Positions 63,914 through 64,000 of a stretch of 64,000 nt of DNA are shown here, one piece after another; the first letter of the stretch is position 1, and the number at the start of each line of letters is the position of its first letter. The stretch is from an uncultured delta proteobacterium. GTDB taxonomy: Bacteria; Desulfobacterota; Desulfomonilia; Desulfomonilales; Desulfomonilaceae. The position numbers and the translations under genes are program-made. The DNA lies in assembly GCA_963789265.1 (NCBI GenBank), contig CAWBKB010000001.1:1696001-1760000 (forward strand), given 5' to 3'. The notes under the pieces are model-generated. The model saw only the letters and a program-made list of their open reading frames with translations. It was not told the origin of the DNA and ran no database searches.

Positions 63914-64000
63914 AGCTCTCTCCACGCGATAGCTTTTCCCAACCGGTACATGATTATGCCTCAAGTCCCGACAAACGGGCAAGAAAATCTGTAACCATTC

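Overview
Bacterial chromosomal window with the gene content of an anaerobic deltaproteobacterium (Desulfomonile-like; taxonomy is inference). Core and metabolic genes: thiolase, glgP, cooS-cooF-FNOR, dgt, cinA-polA, ahbC, groESL with a CIRCE element, pyrCBI, hypA, and a sirC-ccsA-hemA-hemC-cobA/hemD cluster. The ORF track misses two selenoprotein genes. The first is a SelW/Rdx CxxU protein (17482-17709, minus strand). The second, and the best candidate for a new system, is a MerB-like organometal lyase (38034-38777) in which both catalytic Cys positions are in-frame UGA codons, each followed by a SECIS-like hairpin. It lies downstream of an apparently leaderless MarR gene, and the same operator-like motif precedes both genes. 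Other notable loci: a ~2036-aa nuclease-STAND (Avs3-like) defence gene beside a decayed RelBE-type module, a Dna2-like nuclease-helicase directly upstream of polA, an AAA + DUF4276/TOPRIM pair, a divergent DnaB-like helicase and several REP-like repeat families. Seven genes carry 1-2 nt frameshifts that are probably assembly errors. No tRNA, rRNA, CRISPR array or transposase was recognised. All family calls come from reading motifs by eye; no database searches were run.
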